A stretch of 53,044 bases of DNA, counting the filler, from Catajapyx aquilonaris (lineage: Eukaryota), in the NCBI GenBank assembly GCA_000934665.2. It is 3 parts of 3 records of this genome, joined end to end, with 100 filler letters (N's around TTAATTAATTAA, not from the genome) between each part and the next. Parts side by side here need not be neighbours in the genome. Positions count along the whole stretch, not along the records: positions 1 to 17,581 come from JYFJ02006911.1; positions 17,682 to 35,357 come from JYFJ02006912.1; 1 more part is not named here. One strand, written 5' to 3'. The notes under the pieces were generated by a model. The model did no database searches, was not told the DNA's origin, and saw nothing but the letters and a program-made list of their open reading frames with translations. The position numbers and the translations under genes are program-made. This document shows positions 11,725 to 23,386 of this stretch, piece after piece; the first letter of the stretch is position 1; the number at the start of each line of letters is the position of its first letter.

Positions 11725-12400
11725 TTGCAGAGAAGGAAGAGCAGTGGGGTATCCTACCATCATAGGGAAGACGACAGGGAAGACAGGACCACATATCCCG
11801 ACACTGGTTCCCTTTTTCCATCTCACCCTGTGCAGTTACGTAACCAAGGCCAACTACCCCCTATACAACCAGGTGTGCGGAACCTCCAGTATCTAGGGTC
11901 AACAGCACTTCCCACAACAGTAATCAGCCACTCAATTAACGATTTTACAGAGTCTCAAGAGCGACGAATGATGGTGCCATCCTTTAAGATAGGTAACGCA
12001 TCTTCGGTGACGAACCTGCAACCAGCGACAGCCATGGGCACCTTGACCCAGGCGAGCCAGGCCAGGCGGGGTGGCCGGCATGCCGTAATAGCCGAGGTAG
12101 ATTTCCATAATTTTCCTTGTCGAATATTTTGGAATGCATATGGTACTGTAATAAAATCAATGTTATGGTGAAAAATGTGCGAGTACAGGCCTACAGGGCT
12201 GTGAGAATATGCAAGTTCATCTGTGTGACAAATTCAAATCCCATATAAGGATCTGGGCGACGTGTCCTCTCCAGGTGTGGCCGACGACCACGTTCGGGAG
12301 GAACTCCCTCGTCCACGTATACGCCCTTCCCGCTCCCAATCCTCCTGCCAAAGCCGAGAGCCCTCCAGATGCCAATGTGCGTCCGAGAATACTGAAAAGA
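11725..12400 (+). mobile_element. Utopia/R2-group RT fragment
   Basis: SSGVSYHH (~DGITY.H), STALPTT (~RPIAL..T), QARRGGRHAVIAEVDFHNF (~DARR....CVAWLDxSNAF), IPYKDLG (~PYKYLG). Confidence 0.6.
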
Positions 12401-12429
12401 TCATGAGGACAAGCTTGACTCTAATATCA

Positions 12430-13450
12430 GGAACGTGCACAGAGCACGTCTCAACATTGCCAGATGCCTACGTCACCAACATCTGTAAATATAGTCAAGG
12501 ATGTCAATCTGGACATTTGGTTTCACATATTCTCATGCAGAAAAGGGTGACGAGATGAGTGGATACAAAAATGTCGCCGTGATGAAAATAGTAGCGGAAG
12601 TGGAGAAAACTTACCCCAGAAAACTACCAGAGGCAGAGGGATATAGTGTACAAAGCGAAATATATACAACTCGGCTCAACAAGCTACGGAAGGAGATGCC
12701 TGACGTAGTAAGTAGCACTGTCAGACGTAACTATTTCGCGGATATGCATCCCAAGTGCGAAAATATAACAACGTCGACAATCCAGTCCGCGGGCGTGTTG
12801 ATCTCGAACAATTTCGACAGGTTGCAAACTCACTAGCATGTACTTTTTGCCACGCCTTTTAAAACGTACGTAACCAAGGACATGGGCGTTAATTATTGCC
12901 AAGTGTTGGAAATGAACAACGAGTGGTTCACCATGCTGTAACAGATGACATGGGAACCGTTTCCAAACAGCATTGAGCTATTGAGGACTGGAATATCGAC
13001 TGCTTGGTACAGATAGAGGCTGAAGAGATAGCTCTTTATAGATTTGAAGGTGACAGAATGCGAGACACTTCCACTTTAAGTGAATACCCAAAACGATTAC
13101 AATGGAGAGAGACAAGTCAGGTATTTGTGGCGATGTCATGTGTACAAGGTATTGCCCTGATCGACGGCTCGGAACCAAAAACGGAGGCGACGTGAGTACT
13201 CCACAGTTATCAGAGAATCACACTGAAGCTCAACAATGTGTCCTGCCTACAATCCCCTCTTTTCATCTGATGGCAATTCACAATGTAGGACTGTTCCAAA
13301 GCAAGAACCATGCAGATCGGAAGTGCTGAAAATGTACCAACCAGCCGACTATACCACTGGTGAACCTAACCCTGGACAATGATTCCGGTATGGAGACAAA
13401 CGCGCTGCTTTTTTACAGTGATATTATATCGTTGGACATGTAGCAGGGAA
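12430..13450 (+). pseudogene. Decayed Helitron RepHel middle region (Rep motif 3 to helicase start)
   Basis: RARLNIARC/NICKYSQG (~AHINVEVC..YLFKYVYKG), GDEMSGY (~DEI..Y), PNSIELLRT (~ATSFE.LRT), GDRMRDTSTLSE...RETSQVFVAM (~DD.EW..TL.EA...QLR.LF). DNA paralogy to 9247-9300 and 9335-9385. Confidence 0.7.
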
Positions 13451-13639
13451 TTGTTGAGAGTTATGAAAATTGTCGGGTTAAAACTTGCTAATCCCACAAC
13501 TATTTCTGGCTCATCATTGAATTTACCAATCATAAGATGAAGGTACGAGAGTACGTATTATACTGTATAAGTCAGATGAAATAGAACCTTTTTCGACGTT
13601 GACAATTTTAGTGAATGAGTGTTTCAAAGCTGTAAATGG

Positions 13640-13790
13640 AAATCAGGCAAATAAAAAAACAGCAAAAGCACCGGTCATCAAACGTCAAAAACTAAATTCA
13701 TTTATTTAAGTTTTAAAGTGGCGATACTTAAATATTATTAAGATGCACATTTATGCTGGAACAAGAAGTACATTTGTCGCACAATCATTG
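13640..13790 (+). mobile_element. Third copy of Helitron block, paralog of ~8480-8570
   Basis: tttaaagtggcgatacttaaatattattaagatgcacatttatgctggaacaagaag vs tttaaagtggcaatatttaaatattacttatgctgaacatttatgccgaaacaagcag. Confidence 0.7.
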
Positions 13791-13799
13791 CACTCTCAA

Positions 13800-14050
13800 T
13801 TAACTTCAGGTCGCAGTTATCCCTCTAGGTATGACATTGCTCTAGACCTCTCCAATGTATACGTCATTGCCTTCTGTCTTGAAAGTAAGGTCTGTTACAA
13901 TAAAATGGATACCGATGGAACATTTCTGACTTCATATTCGGAATTAGCGCCTCCTGATTCTTCAGAAACACCTAAAATTGTTGATCTGACAAAATCCTTG
14001 TAGGCAATTGTTATTAACACATTATTATCACACACATTCACACTGTCTGT
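13800..14050 (-). pseudogene. Plexin-like Sema-domain fragment (copy C)
   Basis: NVCDNNVLITIAY..VRSTILGV...NSEYEVRNVPSVS resembles VVANN..STVAF...VLYVGV...NSPYRSEVPAVS. DNA similarity to copy A (cagatcaacaattttaggtg vs cagtcatcgatgttagttg; agaaatgttccatc vs aggagtgttcgatc). Confidence 0.45.
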
Positions 14051-14540
14051 GTATTCGTATATGGCATGAATAGTTGCAAGTCCCGCTTATACAGTCTGCA
14101 ATAGATTTAGATCTTAACCTATACAACAGAACCAGTTGTAACCACCCATTCCCCAGCCAACCACCGTCGATTAAGAAAAAGTGCGACTAGCCGGAAGAAA
14201 TAGCGCAGTCAAGAGCAGTACTCTGAGTAACCCAACACCATATAACTATACCGGCCATCTTTGCAGCAGCAGCACCTGCGGTCCAGTAAACCGAAAAGTA
14301 AACCGGGAAGTACACGCGTAAGTACACAACCTTGTCACCTTCCCAACCTCATCTCTGATCAGAACTGTACGTGTTCGATGACCTTCCCTCGTCGTTCCTT
14401 TTCCCCGTCGGCCACAATCTCTCGTCCACCTGGCAGAACCAACTGGAACCAATGACATCCAATCACCATGCAAAAAGACATTGCTGCTCTCAACAGCGGA
14501 GTATGATACCCATGGATAAAAAGGATCATGAAGGCTACTC

Positions 14541-14775
14541 TGTGACGAACCCCAGCCCAGGGTCCGGCCCTAAACTAGCTCTGCAGGTGTGTCAATAAGA
14601 TTCAGGGAGAAGGTAAAATCAGTGTATTTCTCAATGTACCCAAGACAGGAGAGAGAGCCCCTCAGTTGAAGCCCCCCTGCCTTTTATAGATTACAACTTA
14701 CACGCCACCAGGCGGCACTCCGACCAGTCGGGGGGATAAATGTCGGACCACATGGGCCCGACAACTCTTTACACA
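14541..14775 (-). mobile_element. Possible solo LTR
   Basis: TGTG...CACA ends and a minus-strand TATAAAAG at ~14681-14688. No matching TSD found. Confidence 0.25.
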
Positions 14776-14807
14776 TTACCATACTATCAAATCATACCGG
14801 TACATCA

Positions 14808-16280
14808 AATTGCAACCAACCGCATTTAAACCAACTACTACTACTACAACAAATGCAAAAGGCGGAGGGAGAGAAACTATTTGGCTAGTCATATAGACAG
14901 TAATGGAAATGTGATATCGTTTTTGTATGACTCCTACCCATAAGACGACACAGTGAGTTTCAGGCTGTCACTAACACATGCTCAACATGAGAAAAAATCC
15001 TGGATAAGGCCGATATTCCGCCAAACCATTACGACAATCAAGGAGAGGACTAATAACTTACATGGTATGGGAATGTAATGAATGAAAACGTTCAAGGACA
15101 TCCCATATTTCAATCGACAATGACTTGGGGACAGAATATGCGGGTCGGGATCTGGTTATAATTTGAAAGCGTAGTTTTAGTAACAAAGTAACGGGGTGAG
15201 TTCTCATTGCCCATGAAAGTAGATGTGACTATAGTGCAAGCAGCAGCCAGCCGTAAATGATAGGTCAACTACAAACTTGATATCAGTGAGATGTCTTGAT
15301 ATGAGTTTGCTAAATGTGCAAGTCGAAAGCTTGGAAGACGAAATGGAGACATTCATAATAATGTGTACTCAACGTTATCAGACAATCCTACTGGAGCTAG
15401 ACAATGTGACCTGACTTCACTCCACGGTTTTTAACTTCTGAAAACAGTGTTCACAGACAAGTCAGGATCCACCAAGCCAGCATGTTTAAGCTAAAAGGTA
15501 TCCTTTCATCCCTGGGAGAAAACTCTTCGGAGCGAACCAGGCAAATATGAATAAATTGGCTCGCCTTAAGGCAGAGGTTCTGGGGGAACTTACGGTATAC
15601 TCACGGTTGGGAAAGTACTGAAACTTGCCTGTTTACCATGCTTGATTTTCAAAATGTTTAAAAGCCAGTGACTCCAGCCAATGGCAATGATGTGACAATC
15701 TGCCGAGGTCACTTGAGATTGGCCAAGATTGTAAGGGATGTCAACAAAATAATTTATCTGAATCCCGCGTGTATACTTTGTTGGGCGAATAGCCCTATCA
15801 CCCAAGTGTGGAAGTTCCCGGAGAGGATTCCTCGCGACAAAGAACCCCAAAGGTGATGGACTTCTATTTGATTGCAAGGTAAGACACCAGTGTGTTAAAG
15901 AGGGGTAACTTCAAACTGCCGTCTTCTGCGGCATAGCAGCAGCAAAGTTTGAAAGTCCTAGGTTTACAAACTACTGATGATGGACCTACATCCCATCTCT
16001 CGCCGTCACTGACATTGTTACAAGCTACCTTCAATCCAGGTTGGACACTGAGAAGATCAGCATCTAGACTCTACAGCTACTTCGGATAATGACAATAAAA
16101 GTATCATCAACGATACAGGGTGTGTTCTGTACCTTTTTACAGAGAGGTTCAATTCCGTGCTAATCTATCGGCTGTACGTTCATGTCATAAGTGCCACTAT
16201 ACAGTGGATTTGGAACTTCTGCAATGAAAACCCATGAATAGCCCAGCCGTCGCCACAAGTATCCATATACCATCTCGCTA
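14808..16280 (+). pseudogene. Decayed Helentron/Helitron2-type RepHel N-terminal half (DUF6570-like region to just before HUH)
   Basis: IDNDLGTEY (~NNPFG..C), LISVRCLDMSLLNVQVESL (~ISERLISPRLPFMQIRRL), TQRYQTILLELDNV (~GQVINVPVDVDNM), IYLNP, TYIPS (~KSIPNS), FRANL...SC...NSP (~RA.LV.EDPVTC...SPFG). Truncated by the LINE at ~16285. Confidence 0.6.
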
Positions 16281-16284
16281 CATT

Positions 16285-17581
16285 TGCTGCATGTCAAAAA
16301 ATTCAGGCTGAAGGGAAGCTACGTATATGTAGATAAAGACTTTTCTATATGGAGACACGAGTGGTACGGAGGTGGTCCAGGTAGCCAAGGAGTGGAGGGT
16401 CTGGCTGTCTGCACCTTCAAAATTGACAAGTTAGTTTGTGATATGGTGTGGTACAAGTGGGACAGAGAAAACAGGTGGCGGCGGATAAAGTCCGAGGTTA
16501 GACAGAAATTATTTTTACTTTTACGAAAGTATTGAAACTTGTGCACTTGCGACTTGTGATGTCCTAAACCCATATATTTCAGAATTGGTTAGCGGTATTT
16601 TTTCATACCCACCTGCAGGACCAGAATATGGCGAATCTAATGCCAGTGCTACTCTGGCCATGAACTCCCAACCAACCTATTACTAACGACGTCTTGGTTT
16701 GGAGTGAAAAAATAAAGTCTGCCATTCGGTAAAGCACGTAAGCTCATTTTCACAATCGATGGGCCAACTGGACACTGTAATGGCAGACAACGAGACTGAA
16801 TTGACCCCAGTAAAGACTGACTTCAAGACTATGCCTGGTGAAATCATTGATTGTGCCTACATACGAATTTATTTCCAGGATTGTGATCACACACAAAAAT
16901 ATCCGCGATGTGAACAATATTATTAATACGTAATTAATGAAACGGAATGGTAATTCATTGGCTGATTATTATCTCCTTTTTATCAACAATGTGTCAGCTT
17001 TTACTATTTCCGCCTGCTGACAAGTTCGGTTCAAGACCCTCAATAAACATCCTTTGAATTTCTCATTATTAATACAGATTAGATTATGTAATTGGTCAGG
17101 CACCATTCACATTGATTCCCTTTAAAATCTGCAAATAATATCAAAACACAACGATGGAAAAAAAAAAACAGTGGACGGAACGTAGAAGAAAATCCACTCC
17201 TGAAGTACCTCCAACAGGGCAAAAGATTGTTAGGTAACTTGTTGGACATCTACTTGGTCCATTCAAGATTTTTTGGTACAACTGCTAAAGTGAAATTCAG
17301 TACTACATGAACGTAGACCAAATGAAGTTGGTGAAATCAGAAACGTATCGTAGTTATGCAAAAATTAAAAATAATTTTAATCAAGAACTCTATTTCTCCT
17401 TAAATATGCCTCTTAATTTAACAAGGCTGCTGGTCAATTTGAGGAACCAATCCCATAGATTATATACCAAATCCGGATCCTTGTCTTTCAATTCTGAAAT
17501 TGTGTGCCCCAATTGTATTCAAATGAGCTTCAAACTTTAGAACATATTTTTTTATTGCTGTCCCTTATATGATACCCCAAG
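16285..17581 (+). mobile_element. Deleted APE-type LINE: ORF1 tail, endonuclease scraps, ORF2 C-terminal CCHC
   Basis: ORF1-like KFRLKGSYVYVDKDFS and FKIDKLVCDMVWYKWD. APE-like GEIIDCAY and KRNGNSLADY. 3' end YAKIKNNFNQELYFS...TRLLVNLR..SHRL...CPNC...LEHIF..CPLY..PR, running into the gap. Confidence 0.75.
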
Positions 17582-17681
17582 NNNNNNNNNNNNNNNNNNN
17601 NNNNNNNNNNNNNNNNNNNNNNNNNTTAATTAATTAANNNNNNNNNNNNNNNNNNNNNNNNNNNNNNNNNNNNNNNNNNNN
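17582..17681. other. Assembly gap with TTAATTAATTAA linker
   Basis: 100-bp N run with a six-frame-stop linker at 17626-17637. Confidence 0.97.
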
Positions 17682-18614
17682 AGATAATCTTAATGGAAAC
17701 TTTTTATCACATCCTGTGTATAACCCCACCACTCCATTTTTTGGGGGTGTCCCAATATTTTCAGATCAGAGCAAGTAGATACAGATATTTCATTATTTGA
17801 GGTAATGTAGACAGACGTATTATTCACGAGTTCGATTACAGTATGGCTTATCCTTATGCATTGGTAAAAAAGCAACAAACAAATCACTGAGCCTACAATT
17901 TTTAATGCAGCTTTACGTTGATCCACACAATTTTGCAGTGTAGTTATCCACCGTTTCCCTTTTATTCACGCCCACATTTGCTAATCCTGGTGTTAATCCT
18001 CGAGCCCACAACCTGTAGTAGAGTTCCTTTGAAATTTAATTTCAACCCATGCACTCCGAAGATTTAAAACCACCGAGCAAATATAAAACCCCCGTAAAAA
18101 TTTGGAGCTCTCCAGAGGAACAGTTAATACTGTAGAGTAAGGTTTTGCTTGTTATTATTTTATTACTTTACGAGTCAACTGCACCCTATACTATATAGTG
18201 TTCCGTAGGGAGCCATTTTCCTATCCAGCTATATACTGTAGTTCTCCATCGCATGAATGCTGTAATAATGTACAATCTCCTTTATTATTCAAAGTGCCCA
18301 AATATTGGCAAATTACGTTTGATTTAGGTCATACAACACAGCAGGCATCGCTTAGTGTTCCATGCATTCTAATATAGAATTGACATTGATATTAAACATT
18401 TAGGCCTTGAATGGTAATCATGTCATTTCATTCGCATTGTTTGCGTAGTCATAATCATTAACTTATTTCTCTTGTGCCCTGCGCTGCACACTAGCAACAT
18501 ACGGTATTGTTAGTCAACTGTGTGTTGTTTATAGATTATCACAAAAGTACAATAGCGAGAGGGTTTTGAAAGTCATTGGAGGGCATTTTAATGGATGTAG
18601 CCAGTTAAGATATT

Positions 18615-19014
18615 TTTTTAGATATACCCCATGCTATGGCCATAGGACCTCTTAGGGGAGTGGATTACCACTATCGTGCAGGGACAGGGTAAGGATATGA
18701 GGGGGGGGGACACTGGTACATGTGCAATGTCATCAAGTTGGGGGTCGTGTGCAGTCCCTCAGGGGGCCCGTTCGCCAAGATGTATCCCTAGCTGCGAGTC
18801 AGAAACTCCCCACTGACCCGCACCTCCTCCATGGCAGGGAAAGGAAGGAAGCGGCTGTCGCCGATTTTACGGTACGATCCCGGAAATTTTTCCTGGGGCG
18901 ACCTTGGGAAACTACAGAAAGCCAAGGTCAGGATCGCCGGCCTCCGGGATTCAAACCCAGGACCTCCCGATTAGCAGTCGGACACCATATCCACTACACC
19001 ACTACTCCTTCGGT
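18615..19014 (-). mobile_element. Full-length tRNA-derived SINE with extra central domain
   Basis: 14-bp TSD ccagttaagatatt (18601-18614, 19015-19028). Minus-strand head has a B-box-like GGTTTGAATCC and GACTGCTAATC. Shares its 3' tail with the 22218 copy. Confidence 0.9.
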
Positions 19015-22000
19015 CCAGTTAAGATATTATTGTTTTATTAATTGTAAAATTTGGGTGGAACTGCCGCGTATAAAATAAGATCTTAAAGCTAATAGAGTTA
19101 GGCAAATTTAAAAAGTACAATACAACTTTCTTTTCAAGGAAACAACACATACTGTACCCTGAAGTAATATATTGTAAGAAAGCCACCAGGTCAGAAATAT
19201 CTGTCGTATTGACGAATTTCCGTATTTTTGACCACGTTCAAAAAAATTTATACGGATGCTTAACTACACCAACACAAATTTAAGCCTGGTTGTAACATGG
19301 AGAAGGAGAGGGGGGTGAACGCATCAGTCAAAATTGATATCGGTTCAGCATAAAAAAGTTCCATTTCGATACCTCTAGAGAGATACAAAGTGCCCCAAGT
19401 TTTCCGAATATCCGATCTGCATCAATGAAAAGCAGAAACAAAAAGGATGAAAGAAACTAGGGAGGGGTAAAGGTGCAAAGAAAGGAAAACGAGAAATAGA
19501 TAAAAAAGGCGCGTGTATAAGAAAAAAAAGGTTCCTGGCGAAAGGGGCGGACAAGAAGCCTTTCTGAGCTGGATGTATTATTAAATAGCGGCGGGGGACT
19601 GCTTCTATGGATTAAGGGGGTGGAGAAAAGAGGGAGGAAGGAGGGGGGGAGGACGGTATTGATTCCAAGGGAGGAGTTTTCAGAGTGATAATGTCCGATA
19701 ATCGTGAGTAGGTAACACGAGGAGATACGCACTACCTCGCAACACAAGTCAGTTCCCCCATCATTGCTGTCCCCCTTTTGTTGACATGGCAAGGGAGAGG
19801 TGGGGGGAGGACACAATTCCGATATCTACACAAAGGACANCCCCCTACGAATGCAACCCTATCGTATAAATCATGGGAGCGAATAATGCAGGGTGATAGT
19901 CGTGGCAACGCCGATTTTGAGGTAATGGCACTAACATGGTGACTAATTCAGGCACAAAAGGAAACTGCCAGGGGATGCCAAATTTTAGTGACGCTCTAAT
20001 GAATTGGACGCCTCGGAATACAAGGGTGAACCATCAATCCTTGCTTCTCAATACAGGAAACATTATTCATCAGTTCCTAATAATGTTACTGCTAGATCTA
20101 ATTAGCATTATGGTGGAAATGATTTTTTCTCTCCATTTTCCCGGCCCTATAATGAAATATACAGGTGAGTCAGCGAACCCTTCCATTACCATTATCATTT
20201 ATTGGAAGTACAGTACTTCAGAAGATAGAGTAGGATTTGCGAGTTGTTGAAAGTATGATTAATTATTTTGAATTTACAAGTATGATCTGTTTGAAATATT
20301 GCAATTAGCTATAATCTGCAAGTGAAAATTACTTAATTGACGATTTTGCATTAGTAATTAACTTTTAATTCCGTACAGTGAATGACAGTGATCAGTGGAA
20401 CTGATACTTATGGACACACAAAATTAAGTAGTAGATGGCATGAAATTCGTAGTTTATATTTTAAATGCGGTGTGTTCTAATCGCATACATCAAAGTACCA
20501 TACTGCAAAAGTAACCGACCGTAAAAACCTTCCATTCCAAACCTGCGTTCGCATACAATCGGCTTAACACAAAAATTTTCAAATCTCATGTTGAGAAGAA
20601 TGGTTTTCACACTCGTCACAATTTTTGTACATTTTTGTTAATAGCAGCACAAAGGAAGTGGGTTTAGGATCAATTGCTATACTACTGCCCGTTCCGACAT
20701 ATAGTGTTTGTAACACAATAGGTACAGTACAATGCACCGTGAATAAACAAAGTTATGGAGAGGACTGACAATTATTGTTTTGAAGTGCACTGCACAGTAT
20801 ATTCAAGCATTAAAACCCCGTCAGTTACGCTGCTGTTTGAGCCTGCACTATGGTGATTATATTTATTTTGCACTTTTATGCCCTTATAGTCAATTATCAG
20901 CTGCAACTGTTGCATATATACTCCATCACAGGAAGATACATTCTTCACATTATTTTGGAGGGGGAAGGGGGTGGGGAGGACCAGAAGGTCTAGCAGTCCA
21001 AAGATTTTAATGTAAAGAATAAGCAAGTTTTATTCACATGCTTTTAGTATTTGAAATATTAATATTAACCTACCCCCACAGACATTTTTATAATGAACGA
21101 TAACATGAACAAATTTGACTTGTATTTTCCTTCCGCATTGGAATATGACGCAATGTGCTCAAGATTTCACAAAGAGCGCGTATACGACCCAACCAAGCGG
21201 CTGATAAAAATCGCGTTAAAAGCGTCTGAATACGTTACTTATATGATTTAAAGCACCTGTTTCAAAAATTGGCACCAACCCTACATTTCCCCTAGTAAAC
21301 AAAAAAAATTTAAAACTGTCACCGTGCAACATGACAGCACAACCATCCCCACAAGACACCGGTAAATGACCCCATCCCCCACACCTAAAAAAAAACCCGT
21401 AAAGACACACGAAGAAAACTCCCTCTCCCCTCCTCCACCTCTCACATCAACCCCCCATCCCACCCCTGCATTATTTCACAAGGAGCATTTCTAAAATCCA
21501 CCTGGCTAAAACATGAATGTCTGAAATAATTAATAGGCCCCCCTCCGCTTTTCCTGTTGGATGTCAGGGAAAAGGGCGGCGGTTCCTGCAGTCAGGCGTG
21601 TCCGTTGCCAAAACACGTCGTCCCTGAAACGCCTCTCCATCCCTCCTCCCCGCTTCTCCCTAGGAGTACGACATCAGAGAACGACGTGTGCCGCCCCTCA
21701 GGGCTTAACAAGCTCCGACAGTCGAGACTCACCAGGAAAAAAATATATAAAAAGTCGAAAAAAACCGCTTTTCCTCTCTGGTCCCCAGCACCAACCTCAA
21801 TATTTAATGTTGAGAGTTGCAGGGACTGGGGGGGTGGGGGTGGGATGGGGGTAGTGTCTCGCATTGTCGCCGCAAAAGTGATATCTGTCCACCAGTCCGA
21901 ATGGGATATGAAATATATAAAAGGACCTGGTGCCAACTTCCGGGTGGATGAAAAGGAGAGGGGGAAGGGGGAGGGTACACATGTTAGTAGCCCCAAAGTA

Positions 22001-22217
22001 CAGGGAGAGGCGGTAAAGTACAGGGTGAACGTACGTGATTTTGGGCAGTTTCTTTTCTCTGATTCAAGTAAGGGTGAACAATAGATAGCATCAGGCGTGG
22101 GTTGATTGAGAGGTAAATTGGTGAGGGGAACAGTAGAAATCGATGGTAATGTGGGATACCTTATTGTGGTATGCCCATGTGACGACACAGAAACCGACGA
22201 CCAAGAGCTGATACATT

Positions 22218-22495
22218 TATTTATTTATTTAATTTATTTATTTATTTATCATACCCCGTGCTAGAGCCTTTGGCTCCCTTAGGGGGGTGGATTACCACCA
22301 TCTGATGGGACACGGGATAGGGAAGGAAGGAAGCGGCTGTGGCCTATTTTGACGGAAACGACCCCGGAATTGTCCTGGGGGAGACCATGGAAAACCACAG
22401 AAAACCATGGTCCGGGTCGCCGGCCCCGGGATTCGAACCCAGGACCTTCCGATTAGCAGGCGGGCTCCTTATCCCCTACACCAACCTGCTTCGGT
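22218..22495 (-). mobile_element. Full-length tRNA-derived SINE
   Basis: 15-bp TSD aagagctgatacatt (22203-22217, 22496-22510), (TAAA)n tail, B box GGTTCGAATCC. Confidence 0.93.
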
Positions 22496-23246
22496 AAGAG
22501 CTGATACATTAAATGCAATTGGGTGCAAAATTGTGTATGTCATTATCAAAAAATCTCATGGTGTCAAAAGTGTGTTAATTCCTGGTTACATCATCTCAAT
22601 ATAATTATGGAACAGTTTCACCTCCCATTTCACCGTGAAAAGACTCACTAAATTTGAAAATCGTATTTACTGAAGGATTCGTACAGTACCAAAGCAGGTA
22701 GCCTGGGTTTGATAATGACCTACTCAAATATGTCCACATGAAGTTGACACAATCCAAAGGTGACGTGTGTGATGCGTGGTGGGCTGCTAGTCATAGCCAA
22801 ATGATGTTAATATTGTAGGATTTTGATTATTGGCATTAAGGATGATATGGGTGCTGTACATAACCGGCCGTAAATTACGAACTGATAGCGCGGCAATAAA
22901 GCTGGCGCTGCAAATAACAAAATGGTATGCCACAAGTGACTGACAGCGGGTGTTATCGCAACTTGCCTACATGATGGATTAGGTCACAAACTTTGCGCCA
23001 AAGCTTGCAACCATCACCGCATTCATGTACAAACAATGAGCAAATTCGCACGCCTTTCCTTTCTGATGGGCTACTCATCATAATTACCTTCGCAGGGGTC
23101 AAGTAGAAAAGACGCCTATGTCACACCCTGATTGTACTGACACCAGGACCCATCTTCATCGCCGAAGAAATGCTCCAGGGAAATATCACTTTTAGCTATG
23201 CTGCAGTTCAGAATTATGTGTGGTTTCTTTTTAAAAAAACTGTCTA

Positions 23247-23386
23247 CAGTCCTTTAAACGAGAAAATGGTCTGACGTCACGTTCAGTCAGCCTCTACCCG
23301 GCTTTTCCCTCCCGAATCACTCCGCTGCGCATGCTTAGTAAACACGGCTGCTGTGACGGCAGACCATTCTCTCGTTTAAAAGACTG
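23247..23386. mobile_element. Tc1/mariner-type MITE (140 bp)
   Basis: ~34-bp TIR cagtcctttaaacgagaaaatggtctgacgtcac / gtgacggcagaccattctctcgtttaaaagactg, flanked by TA on both sides. Confidence 0.85.

Noticed and set aside
17626..17637. TTAATTAATTAA palindrome inside N runs (also 35402-35413)
   Set aside because: Artificial scaffolding linker, not biological.
21557..22188. Overlapping 175-aa and 198-aa ORFs
   Set aside because: Low-complexity G/C-tract DNA with no recognisable domain or convincing splice structure.
22260..22282. SINE tail hairpin gagcctttggctc resembling U2 snRNA stem I
   Set aside because: No adjoining U2 branch-recognition sequence, and other copies differ.
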